This document shows, in pieces, positions 11,101 to 24,164 of a DNA stretch of 64,000 nt (positions within the stretch are counted from its first letter, which is position 1; each line of letters begins with the position of its first letter). Source of the stretch: Macrostomum lignano. Its lineage: Eukaryota. The position numbers and the translations under genes are program-made. The DNA is taken from NCBI GenBank assembly GCA_002269645.1, contig NIVC01001859.1:58444-122443 (forward strand). The letters are read 5' to 3'. The notes under the pieces are model-generated. The model did no database searches and had not been told where the DNA came from. It was given only the letters and a program-made list of their open reading frames with translations.

Positions 11101-14100
11101 TGAATGCGTTTATTTCTGTGTTTAAGGGTATTTATCTTGTCTTCTTTTGGCACTTGCATCTCAGCAATTCTCCCTAGTGAGCATTGGCATCTCAGCAATT
11201 CTCCCTAGTGAGACTTGGCATCTCAGCAATTCTCCCTAGTGAGCATTGGCATCTCAGCAATTCTCCCTAGTAAGCATTGGCATCTCAGCAATCACCCCTA
11301 GTGAGCATTGGCATCTCAGCAATCACCCCTAGTTACCAATGGCATTTCAGCAATCCCCGCTAGCTAGCAATGGCATCCCAGCAATTCCCTGTTTAAGCCT
11401 TGGCAGCTAATTAAAAGCAAAATAAAAATTATTATTTAAGATAAAATTTTTCGAGCCGGATGGTTCTGATCTGGTTGTTAAGAACAATAGAAAGAAATAA
11501 CGGAATCCTGACTCTAGTCAGTCAGTTGAATCGATAACAATGCAGGTATAGGTGTTGTGTTGCAATAAATTTCCGAGATGCATTCGATTTCCGAAAGGAT
11601 TATAATGCTTTTTTACCATTTTTCGGCGCCTAAATACAATCTATATCGACTGTTTCAATTTAATCTCTGGTATAATCTGCCATGACTGCAAAACAATAGA
11701 ATTCATTCCTCATTGGGTATTGATTTTCCATCGCTATTCAGCAGGTAATTGTCCTGTTGACAAATTTAACTTTTTTTCTCTGATTGATAGTATGGCAATA
11801 TTTGCATTGTTTGAAACTGTAATTGTTATTGGCTTTCGATGATTTGTGGGATACTCTGTGGGGTAATCACTGTGTGGGATACTCTGTGTGGGGTAATCAC
11901 TGTGCGTGATACTCTGTGTGGGGTAATCACTGTGTGTGATAAGTTGTATTTGTTATTGGCGCTGTTACATTGTGTACAGTTGAGACTGCGAAAAAACTGA
12001 GAAAAACGAGATGAACTTTTCTAAATATAGGGTTTACGTAAAGATTTTTATTTATTTGAGAACTCTTTTAAGTATTCTATGTCAGGCTCCAAGATAGTTA
12101 AATGGTCAGTTGAATGGCGACAGGCACTCGCACAGCACTGCGGAAACCAAATAACTGTTTTCGCTGACGTCGACCAGCTTGTTTTTGCCTAGATAGCGAG
12201 ACACGACATTTTCGTTTCCGCCGTTGTCCGGCTCATTAGTAGCCCAGACTACGCTGCCGTCCAGGGTGATGTTGCAGCCGACCCAGTACCAGCCTCCGGC
12301 GGGCTCAGCGCTGCCATTGGGCTGAAATCCTCCGAGATAAAAGGAATTCGTCGGGCTGCCTTCAGAGAAAATATAGTCCACGTGGCTCATCTCGGTGGCG
12401 TCCACCACGTCGGCCATGATCACCAGGCCGCTCTCCGACTCGCACTTCTGCCTGCTCACCGACCAGTCTCCGATGCCGCTGTACACCTTGTACTTCACTC
12501 CGCACAGGTCGTCTCCGTAGCCAGACGGACACAGCGCGCCCGCCTCGAGTCCCGGCTGCTGCTTCACAAACACCCGGCCTCTCCTGGAGCAGCCGCAGTC
12601 CCTCACCGACTTGCTGCACTTGTCGAACACGAACAGCTGGCACGGACCGTCAGCCAGGCTGAACGCCTGACAGCGCCGGTTGTGGCTACATAGAATTGCG
12701 CAACCTAACTGCAGCGTTACTAGGCCGTATACCTGTCTGTACCGACTATTAATGCAGAGATATCCATCGATTTCAGTAAAAGTACTTCTTACTAAGCATT
12801 GATCTTGGCCGTTGGAGCTTCCAAGATTTATTAGTATTAATAATATTAGTGATAATTTCATGACTAGCTCTGGTAAAATAGATTCAAAATAATTCTTGCC
12901 GAAAATCCATTTAATCACACATTTTTGTATAGAAATCAAGTCGCTCTTGTGATTGGCTGCTGCTTAGAAGCTATAGAGCAGATAAACAGGGGCTTGGAAA
13001 CGAGGCAAATCCTCTTCAGCCCTTTGTAGTGGCCATTGTTTACACTTAGCAACTTATTTTCCAAGTTTCCATCCAAGGACCACTGTAGTACTACGTCTTA
13101 CCTTGTAACCCGCCTGGCTGTCGGTACCCGGTATTTACCCGGCCTTCATCCGGTTTAATCCGTAATTTTAGACTTTTCCGGACGAAAATGAATTTTTATC
13201 CGGTTTTGATCCGGCAGTTCTTACCGGACTAACAAACGGAGGAAACTCCGGAGCAAAACCGGATTAAAGTGTTTTTATTGATCACATTTTATCCGGATTG
13301 TGTCCGATTCCTGCTCCGGTCGATCAGCGGATGAAAACCGGACTGCCAACCGGAATAAGAAGCGGATGAAAGTCGGATGAATCATAACTTTCTACCCGGA
13401 GTTGTTCCGGTTTTTTATCCGGCTGTGAATCCGGCTTACAGTGATAAACTTCCGGATAGTGAAACGGACAAAATCCGGATGAGGGAGTTCACTTGAAGTC
13501 AATGTCAATTTTCAGCGCACAAGGCTCAAAAATGGACCGGGAGAAGCAAAACGCGGACTGCGGCTCAAATACCACGGAAAAGACTGCCAATTGGACATGT
13601 GCCCGTTGTTTACTTCTGTACCCGAATCTATTAACCAGATGCCACCGGGCATCAATGTTGACAGGAAATTTTATTGATCATGCCATGTCTATTTATTGTA
13701 CTGTTTACAATACCCGTTGGAAATATTTGCATCTAATTAAACTGGCGCTGGCCCTACAATTTTTTTCAGCGGCATTCGCCCATGTATGTGTTGGGATAAA
13801 AGTTATATAGATCGCCTTACTGTTTTGATTAAAGCCTTTATAATCCTCTGTTTTAATTACCGAAAGCCAGTGGCCCGTCCAAGGGGGGGGGGGGCTAGGG
13901 GGCCCAGGCCCCCCCTGTAAAGCCATGGGCCCCCCATTGGCCCCCCCACTTTCAGTTTTTTTACCTTAGCTGTTGAAACCCGCGGATTTTGAACATGTGG
14001 AATTCTGATCCCCGGAATTATTTTCGCTTATATCTCCCCTCTTCTCTCGTCCATCTTCCCTCACCTCTTCTCTTTCGTCTCTACTCTCTCCTCCCTCTCA

Positions 14101-17100
14101 TCTCTCACCTCTCCTGCTCTCCCATCTCCTCTTCTTTCTACTCTCTCCCTTCTCCATTCTTCTCTTTCCTCTCCTCCCTCTTCTCTCCCTTCCCCTCTCT
14201 TCTTGTCCTCTCGATTCTCCCCCCTTTTTTCTCCTTTCTCCTCCCATCCACTCCACTTGTCTCCCACTGTCTCTCATGTCTGCTCTCACATATTTCTCTT
14301 CCCTCTCCTCTCTCCTCTGTTCTAGCTCTACTGTCACATTTCTTGTCTCTGCTCTCTCATCTCTCCTTTCCCCTCTTTCATCTCTCCTATCTCATCTCTT
14401 CTCTCTTCTTTCATCCTTCCTCTCTCTTCTCTCCCCTCTCCTGATCGGCCCCCCATCCTGAAACCTCTGGACGCGCCCCTGCCGAAAGCTTTCTACTAGT
14501 AAGCTTCTCTAGAGCTCCTCGCTTGTTCATACAGATACGAGCAGAATCATAGCAGGAGCAGCAGCTATAGATAGGAGCAGGAGCCGTAGCTATAATAGCC
14601 GCCACATAGTGCAATTTTTGTGCCAAACCTTTGGAAGCCGCTGTAAAGAGCACAAATTAAGGCTGAGTAATAAGCATCTAGAATGTCCATTATTATCCGA
14701 CGACAGTATACAGGTATCCATACATTTGATCCGGAAATGGCTCCGGTTTCTTATCCGGCTGTAACATCCATACATTTCATCCGGTTTTCATCCGGAATTG
14801 GCTCCGCTCTCCCATCCGGCTTCCTCCGGATTACTTATCGGGCAATAACCGGACACACAGCCGGATACCAAACCGGATAAACGTCATATTTTCAACACTT
14901 TCATCCGTTTTGTAAACTTTTCGTCCGGTTTTCGTCCGTTTTTTTGCATGTAAATTTGCTATTCCTGCCGGATTAAACTCCGGACAACGCATCGGATAAA
15001 AGACGGCTAAATTCAGCCCGGCGGGAATTGTTTTCATCACAAAATAAATAATAAAATGTAGACAATCTTTACCTATACCATTTTTCATAGTATCTTTCGA
15101 AAGCTATATAAATTTTGAATCCAAGGCTTAGCTTAGGGAAAATTGCAACATAGCTACATGCAACAGTGTTATCACAAATCTTGAGTCAAGAAGGAACAAA
15201 ACACAAAAAAATCACTTGTGAGTATTGAATTACTCGTACAACTTAGGCTTGGGCTTATGAAATAAAGAAGAAAACAATATGAAGATAAACCTTTCGCTGC
15301 ACAACTATATAAAATACAGCAGAGTAGTAACATGTGACATGTAACGTGCTAAATAAAAAATGGTCGTCTTCACTACACCAGGTCAAATTCAATCAATTGA
15401 TTTGTAATGAAAAAAAATGATTTTCCCTATCTCCGCAGTGAAGTTTTTCAAGAAATTATCCTCCAATATTACACGATCTTTGATTGTAGCGATGTGCCGA
15501 GTATCTTGCGATAATGTGAGAGAATGGGGTGTCGTATTCCTTTAAAAAGTCTTGCCATTATCTCACTGCTTATTCTTTTTAAAAATATTAATATTTTCGT
15601 TATGCTACTTGATAGTTACTCGTAGACTGTCAAAAGCCACTTGCCGATGTGTAGTGTGTATTCTAATCACTCAAGTAGTGGCAAAATGAAATAGATTATA
15701 TGTTTTTACTTAAAATGACGAACAGTGTCTAAAATTTGTGTGATATTGTGATTCCTTTGAAACAGCTTATATTATGTCACAGAATATTCTGTGATATAAT
15801 CTACTCCCTCCCTTTCCTACTACACCAGAGACCATTGTCTCAAACCTGGCGGTGCAGTCTACCCTCGGATTTGCAATCTACTATTGTGCGGCATTGATTC
15901 TGAGGAGTTGTACCAGCGCAACGCTCTATATTTTGACAATGTCTATGGCGTACGGGTGTCCTTCTTGAAAGAGCGATGCCTTAGCGAGCCTCACGTGGCC
16001 TACGATTTACAATCGGATTGGGTGGCCACCAGTTCTGCTCTGGTGTGCAGCATCGACATGCTAACAGCCAGTGCCTACACCTCCGCTAAGGTGCGCCTCT
16101 CAGGCATTTAGTTGCTGGGCCAGCCTCCCATAGTGTCAGTTGCTGGGCCAGCCTCCCATAGTGTCAGTTGCTGGGCCAGCCTCCCAGATCCCCAGTTGCT
16201 GGGCCAGCCTCCCAGATCCTCAGTTGCTAGGCCAGCCTCCCAGATCCTCAGTTGCTAGGCCAGCCTCCCAGAGTGTCAGTTGCTGGGCCAGCCTCCCATA
16301 GTGTCAGTTGCTGGGCCAGCCTCCCATAGTGTCAGTTGCTGGGCCAGCCTCCCAGATCCCCAGTTGCTGGGCCAGCCTCCCAGATCCTCAGTTGCTAGGC
16401 CAGCCTCCCAGATCCTCAGTTGCTAGGCCAGCCTCCCAGAGTGTCAGTTGCTGGGCCAGCCTCCCATAGTGTCAGTTGCTGGGCCAGCCTCCCATAGTGT
16501 CAGTTGCTGGGCCAGCCTCCCAGATCCCCAGTTGCTGGGCCAGCCTCCCAGATCCTCAGTTGCTGGGCCAGCCTCCCAGATCCTCAGTTGCTAGGCCAGC
16601 CTCCCAGATCCTCAGTTGCTAGGCCAGCCTCCCAGAGTGTCAGTTGCTGGGCCAGCCTCCCATAGTGTCAGTTGCTGGGCCAGCCTCCCAGATCCCCAGT
16701 TGCTGGGCCAGCCTCCCAGATCCTCAGTTGCTAGGCCAGCCTCCCAGATCCTCAGTTGCTAGGCCAGCCTCCCAGAGTGTCAGTTGCTGGCCAGCCTCCC
16801 AGATTCTCAGTTCCTGGGCCAGCCTCCCAGAGTGTCAGTTGCTGGGCCAGCCTTCCCGATCCTCAGTTGCTAGGCCAGCCTCCCAGATCCTCAGTTGCTA
16901 GGCCAGACTTCCAGATCCCCAGTTGCTGGGCCAGCCTCTCAGATCCCCAGTTGCTGGGCCAGACTTCCAGATCCCCAGTTGCTGGGCCAGCCTCCCAGAT
17001 CCCCAGTTGCTGGGCCAGACTTCCAGATCCCCAGTTGCTGGGCCAGCCTCCCAGATTGTCAGTTGCTGGGCCAGCCTCCTAGATCCTCAGTTGCTGGGCC

Positions 17101-18963
17101 AGCCTACAAGATCCTCAGTTGCTGGACCAGCCTCCCGGATCCTCAGTTGCTAGGCCAGACTTCCAGATTCTCAGTTGCTGGGCCTCCCAGACAATCAGTT
17201 GCTGGGCCAGCCTCGCAGATCCTTGATTGCTAGATCTCTTAGATGCTCCCAGCCTCCCAGACCCCCATTTTCTGGTGCCCTCCCAGATCCCCATTTGTTG
17301 GTTGCCCTCCCACATCCTCCATTAATTTATGTATAATGTACCCCCCTAACCCCGTTGAAAACGAGGGTTAATATTGGGGGGTTAATTAACTAATAGCCTG
17401 ATGGTGGATTAACGTAATTTTGGGTAAATAAACGTTACTTTACGGAGGGTAAATTTACTTTAATTTACCAGTTTGTTACCGAAATTAACCTACGAAGTGT
17501 CCGTTTTTAATTAACGTAAATTCGCTTTTTCGAAAGTTCAACTGCGGTAAATTGACCAACTAAAAGTTACTTTTAGCTAATTTACTTTCAAGATTAACCC
17601 TCGTTTTCAACAGAAAGATCCTATTCGCTCTACTGCTAGTAGTGCACAATCGCATGCCATTCTACATTCTGCATATTATTGCGAAATTATTTCCTCCCAG
17701 GTTGAGTCAGTGCCTGTCCAGCTGACGGCTTTGCGCGACTGCAAGCTGCACGCGATTGTGGGCTACTTTGATGTTGATTTTCTCGGTAATGGAGACGCCG
17801 GCGTTAATGTCAGCTTTAGCACGGGGCCTTTGAGTCAGGTGAGGTTCTGCAAATCTCATGATTGAGGGCTCATTAGTGCTAGTGGAAGTTAGCGTACAGT
17901 TTTTCGTCTTCTTATTTAGCGGCAATGTGAAATCCCAGATCCTAGATCCTAGATCCCAGATCCTAGATCCCAGATCCTAGATCCCAGATCCTAGATCCCA
18001 GATCCTAGATCCCAGATCCTAGATCCTAGATCCCAGATCCTAGATCCCAGATCCTAGATCCCAGATCCCAGATTCCAGATCCTAGATCCCAGATCCTAGA
18101 TCCCAGATCCTAGATCCCAGATCCTAGATCCCAGATCCTAGATCCCAGATCCTAGATCCCAGATCCTAGATCCCAGATCCTAGATCCCAGATCCTAGATC
18201 CCAGATCCTAGATCCTAGATCCCAGATCCTAGATCCCAGATCCTAGATCCCAGATCCTAGATCCCAGATCCTAGATCCCAGATCCCAGATCCTAGATCCC
18301 TGGTCCTAGATCCCAGATCCTAGATCCCAGATCCTAGATCCCAGATCCTAGATCCCAGATCCTAGATCCCAGATCCTAGATCCCAGATCCTAAATTCCTG
18401 GTCCTAGATCCCAGATCCTAGATCCCTGGTCCTAGATCCCAGATCCTAGATCCCAGATCCTAGATCCTAGATCCCAGATCCTAGATCCCAGATCCTAGAT
18501 CCCAGATCCTAGATCCCAGATCCTAGATCCCTGGTCCTAGATCCCAGATCCTAGATCCCAGATCCTAGATCCCTGGTCCTAGATCCCAGATCCTAGATCC
18601 CTGGTCCTAGATCCCAGATCCTAGATCCCAGATCCTAGATCCTAGATCCCAGATCCTAGATCCCAGATCCTAGATCCCAGATCCTAGATCCCAGATCCTA
18701 GATCCCTGGTCCTAGATCCCAGATCCTAGATCCCTGATCCTAGATGCCTGATTATAAATCCCAGAGCTGTCGCGTAACCCACCCTGACGCAGGTAACGCA
18801 CTGGGGCCAGACGGTATTCTATCTCCGTTCGCCAATCAGTCTGTCCAGCGGGCAAGTCTTGGAATTCCACGTCAGCATTTTGCCGCCCCATGACAGCCCG
18901 CGAAGTCTTCTGGTCGAATTCGATTGGAGCAACGGAACCCGGAGCGAGTTTAGAATGGATTAG
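8168..18963 (+). CDS. PRMT3: Protein arginine N-methyltransferase 3 (type I PRMT, N-terminal C2H2 zinc finger), ~547 aa
   Basis: Exons 8168-8523, 9449-9821, 10687-11030, 15829-16090, 17701-17838, 18793-18963 (1644 nt, phases consistent, GT-AG). Motifs: CLFC..H..H finger, IHAEMLQDRIRT, VMDVGCGTGILSMFAARAGA, SEWMGYCLLYEGML (double-E loop), HAIVGYFD, FSTGP, THW loop. Confidence 0.93.
8830..9090. repeat. Degenerate GCATCTCAGCAAT minisatellite with embedded (CCCTAA)4 at 8974-8999
   Basis: Direct reading; PRMT3 intron 1. Confidence 0.75.
9995..10635. repeat. GA-rich (GAGAG/GAAAGAAGG) simple repeat, PRMT3 intron 2
   Basis: Direct reading. Confidence 0.9.
11156..11400. repeat. 31-bp minisatellite (GCATCTCAGCAATTCTCCCTAGTGAGCATTG), PRMT3 intron 3
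   Basis: Period 31 checked on the first copies. Confidence 0.9.
12106..12861 (-). CDS. Secreted PAN/apple-like + C-type lectin domain protein (~251 aa), intronless, nested antisense in PRMT3 intron 3
   Basis: ATG 12861 starts a signal peptide (MKLSLILLILINLGSSNG). CAILCSHNRRCQAFSL..GPCQL is PAN-like. CTLD features: W..SRQKC, FYLGG..P..WYW, W..NEPDNGGNEN, VLCE. Confidence 0.85.
   Translation of the reverse strand: MKLSLILLILINLGSSNGQDQCLVRSTFTEIDGYLCINSRYRQVYGLVTLQLGCAILCSHNRRCQAFSLADGPCQLFVFDKCSKSVRDCGCSRRGRVFVKQQPGLEAGALCPSGYGDDLCGVKYKVYSGIGDWSVSRQKCESESGLVIMADVVDATEMSHVDYIFSEGSPTNSFYLGGFQPNGSAEPAGGWYWVGCNITLDGSVVWATNEPDNGGNENVVSRYLGKNKLVDVSENSYLVSAVLCECLSPFN
13109..15025. mobile_element. 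Non-autonomous CMC/CACTA(EnSpm)-like DNA transposon
   Basis: Imperfect 12-bp TIR: CCCGCCTGGCTG (13109) versus reverse complement CCCGCCGGGCTG (15014-15025). 2-bp AA on both sides; dense subterminal (AT)CCGG motifs in both orientations at both ends; no transposase ORF. Confidence 0.7.
13868..14481. mobile_element. hAT-type MITE nested in the CMC-like element
   Basis: TIR CAGTGGCCCGTCCA / CAGGGGCGCGTCCA (12 of 14 match); exact 8-bp TSD CCGAAAGC at 13860-13867 and 14482-14489; CT-rich interior. Confidence 0.88.
16107..17300. repeat. 28-bp minisatellite (GTTGCTGGGCCAGCCTCCCAGATCCTCA), PRMT3 intron 4
   Basis: Direct reading; same family at 46880-48075. Confidence 0.95.
17352..17613. mobile_element. 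Small MITE-like inverted-repeat element
   Basis: 21-bp TIR C(C/T)GTTGAAAACGAGGGTTAAT (20 of 21 match); TSD not resolved. Confidence 0.65.
17932..18745. repeat. 7/14-bp satellite (CCCAGATCCTAGAT)n, PRMT3 intron 5
   Basis: Direct reading. Confidence 0.95.
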
Positions 18964-19194
18964 CCTAGCTAATCATTGACTTATGTGACTTGGCTGATAA
19001 ATCTATTGTGAGAGGAATGATCCAGATAAAGAGAACGAAATTTGAGTGCATTTTTATTTTTTCTGGACAGAATAACGTTTTTTAAGTTTATCAAATTACT
19101 TTTTACTTTTAAATAATTGTATTTTTTAGTTTAGGTTGTTAGGAAAATTCAGTCCGCTGGTTAAAAGCTAATAAACCTTGGATTCAGATTAGTG

Positions 19195-19945
19195 ATTGAT
19201 TGGTTTGATTGATGAGCTGTTTGATTGATGAGCTGCTTGATTGATGGACTGTTTGATTGATGAGCTGTTTGATTGATGAGCTGTTTGATTGATGAGCTGT
19301 TTGATTGATGGACTGTTTGATTGATGAGCTGTTTGATTGATGAGCTGTTTGATTGATGGACTGTTTGATTGATGAGCTGCTTGATTGATGGACTGTTTGA
19401 TTGATGAGCTGTTTGATTGATGAGCTGTTTGATTGATGAGCTGTTTGATTGATGGACTGTTTGATTGATGAGCTGTTTGATTGATGAGCTGCTTGATTGA
19501 TGAGCTGCTTGATTGATGAGCTGCTTGATTGATGGACTGTTTGATTGATGAGCTGTTTGATTGATGAGCTGCTTGATTGATGGACTGTTTGATTGATGAG
19601 CTGTTTGATTGATGAGCTGCTTGATTGATGAGCTGCTTGATTGATGGACTGTTTGATTGATGAGCTGTTTGATTGATGGACTGTTTGATTGATGGACTGT
19701 TTGATTGATGAGCTGTTTGATTGATGAGCTGTTTGATTGATGGACTGTTTGATTGATGAGCTGTTTGATTGATGAGCTGTTTGATTGATGGACTGTTTGA
19801 TTGATGAGCTGTTTGATTGATGAGCTGTTTGATTGATGAGCTGTTTGATTGATGGACTGTTTGATTGATGAGCTGTTTGATTGATGAGCTGTTAGATTGA
19901 TGAGCTGTTTGATTGATGAACTGTTTGATTAATTAGCTGTTTAGT
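19195..19945. repeat. 16-bp minisatellite (GAGCTGTTTGATTGAT)
   Basis: Direct reading; downstream of the PRMT3 stop. Confidence 0.95.
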
Positions 19946-20544
19946 TAAATGTTCAGGTAATTGATTGATAGGTTGAGTTATTATTTAGCTCAGATATGTC
20001 AAAACCTATAAGTTGTAATTATTCTATAAAAAGCAAGACTATTATCAAGGTAAAAAACAGCATTAGAAGTTTCTGACGTGACTTACCCATCAAAAATGTC
20101 GGGTTCTATTCCGTGTTGCGGTGTAATTTAGACTCTTTGACAAGCAACCCCCAAAGGCGCTGAGATATATGCAGTACTATTATACTAAAGAAAGTACTTC
20201 ATGCCCTAATTGCCTTGTTTACGTCTGCAGGTCTGTAAAAAAAACTTACTCAATGACTTTTTCAGGTATTGAACTGATTAATTTTTGTGATGGCAAATGA
20301 CACAATTAAAGTATATTGTATTATCAATGATTAAATTGGATAAGATCCCTATAATCCTTGATTCCCCCTGGTGGTTTTCAGATTAGTGAAATTCAAATTT
20401 GATAGATTAAATCGAGGGTTTAAAAAGTACTTCTATGGAAGGGGGTGCTTCTTGGAGGTGCCATTTCATTTTATAGGGGGTGCCATTTCATTTGATATTG
20501 GGTGCCATTTCATTGGATAGGGGGCGCCATTTCATTTGATCGTA

Positions 20545-21340
20545 AATACCGGAATAGAATGAATTTCTAATCTAGTCTATGGTAAATACAGGGATAGAAT
20601 GAATTGCTAATCTAGTCTATGGTAAATACCGGGATAGAATGAATTGCTGTCTATGGTAAATACAGAAATAGAATGAATTGCTAATCTAGTTTATGGTAAA
20701 TACAGGGATAGAATGAATTGCTAATCTAGTCTATGGTAAATACCGGGATAGAATGAATTGCTGTCTATGGTAAATACAGAAATAGAATGAATTGCTAATC
20801 TAGTCTATGGTAAATACAGAAATAGAATGAATTGCTAATCTAGTTTATGGTAAATACAGGAATAGAATGAATTGCTAATCTAGTCTATGGTAAATACCGG
20901 AATAGAATGAATTGCTAATCTAGTCTATGGTAAATACCGGAATAGAATGAATTGCTAATCTAGTCTATGGTAAATACCGGGATAGAATGAATTGCTAATC
21001 TAGTCTATGGTAAATACAGGAATAGAATGAATTGCTAATCTAGTCTATGGTAAATACAGGAATAGAATGAATTGCTAATCTAGTCTATGGTAAATACAGG
21101 AATAGAATGAATTGCTAATCTAGTCTATGGTAAATACAGGAATAGAATGAATTGCTAATCTAGTCTATGGTAAATACAGGAATAGAATGAATTGCTAATC
21201 TAGTCTATGGTAAATACAGGAATAGAATGAATTGCTAATCTAGTCTATGGTAAATACAGGAATAGAATGAATTGCTAATCTAGTCTATGGTAAATACAGG
21301 AATAGAATGAATTGCTAATCTAGTCTATGGTAAATACAGG
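20545..21340. repeat. 40-bp minisatellite (TAGTCTATGGTAAATACAGGAATAGAATGAATTGCTAATC) just upstream of archease
   Basis: Direct reading; a few GGTGCCATTTCATT copies precede it at ~20442-20540. Confidence 0.95.
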
Positions 21341-21406
21341 AATTCCCTTACAGTTCAAGCCAATCTCTTTTCCAGCCAGCCGCATGGAGCAGCTCACCGA
21401 TTCAGA

Positions 21407-21853
21407 ATGTCCACCCGCAGTGCCGAGTGCCAATTCGAATACTTGGACCACACAGCCGATGTCCAGCTGCACGCCTGGGGTAACAGTCTGGCGCAGACAT
21501 TCGAGCAGGTTGCCATGGCGATGTTTAACTACATGACAACCGACTACAGCTCGGTGTCTCTGACGCATCGCTTGGAGGTGTCAGCCGAGGGCGACGACTT
21601 GCAGTCTTTGTTATTTCACTTTCTCGACGAATGGCTATTCGCGTTTAGCGCCGACGATTTCTTTTTTCCTCGAATAGTTCGAATTGTCGAATTCGACGCC
21701 GCTAATTTTCGGATTCGATCTGTGGGCTACGGGGAGCCGTTCAAGCTTGGCAAGCATCCGCAGGGCACTGAGGTCAAGGCCATCACCTACTCCAATATGC
21801 AGATCTATGACGAGCCCGAGCAGCACGAAGTCTTTGTTATTCTCGACATCTGA
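21407..21853 (+). CDS. ZBTB8OS: Archease (RTCB tRNA-ligase cofactor), 148 aa, intronless
   Basis: FEYLDHTADVQLHAWG, GDDLQSLLFHFLDEWL, KHPQGTEVKAITYS, VFVILDI C-terminus; all family hallmarks. Confidence 0.97.
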   Translation: MSTRSAECQFEYLDHTADVQLHAWGNSLAQTFEQVAMAMFNYMTTDYSSVSLTHRLEVSAEGDDLQSLLFHFLDEWLFAFSADDFFFPRIVRIVEFDAANFRIRSVGYGEPFKLGKHPQGTEVKAITYSNMQIYDEPEQHEVFVILDI

Positions 21854-21939
21854 GCGCCGTTCCCTGTGTCTCTGCCGCCTTCACACTTACTCGCGTGCCA
21901 AATCGGTGAGTTTGCCGTGCCTGTCTCTGGTTATCTAGC

Positions 21940-23398
<1,459 letters not shown>

Positions 23399-24164
23399 TT
23401 CTAACGCTTAGGGTTTTTCTCCTGCTGTGTCCTCTTTGGCCAATGAGGCTTTGGTTGGATTGAAACAATACCGTAGCTCTGTTTCCCATTTACTTGTTGG
23501 CTATTAAATTGCTTTATTGCTTTTACTCATGCAAATTGATGTTTTCTCCCATATTTTTCATCTCCGCATGTGCGGCCCCAACCCCTGAATTGAACTATTC
23601 AGTTGTTTGTTATGCAGCGGGGCTTAGCATGCATCAGTTGATGCGGGGTCATAAAAAAACTTTTTTTCTCTTTTCCTGTCTCTATCGCTATCCGATGTGG
23701 GGCCTGGTCGAGGCGGTTTTGACACAAAAGAGTCTGCTGGCGAAGCTGCTAGCTTTTCCTCGAAACCCTCAGCTATCAATAAATTTATTTATCAATAATA
23801 AATTTAAATTTCAACTGCTAATGCAGATTGTCGTTTGAGATCGCTTGGTCGAGACGCCATGTCCAGTCGCTGCTCTATTTTTCCCGTATCAATCTTTACC
23901 CAGCATGTTAGCTTCCGGGTTGCTTGCAATAGCGCAATACTTAGTTGTACAGCTCTATTCTGTGATAAGGCATTGTCAAAGAATTTCATTATCGGCTTTG
24001 GAGAAGAGGTGAAGCTCTCAGGATATTGTTGATAGCCTGCCTAGTCGTGTTGCGGCGTAAAACCCTATTATGCTTTTACTGCGACGCGCAGGTACTATTT
24101 TTAAGCGAATTTCTAGCTACATAATCTGTTAGGTTTTTATGACTTCTGTCGACTTTACCTTAGG

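Noticed and set aside
12862-12939. Longer N-terminus of the lectin ORF
   Set aside because: The ATG at 12861 gives a canonical signal peptide; the upstream start is probably not used.
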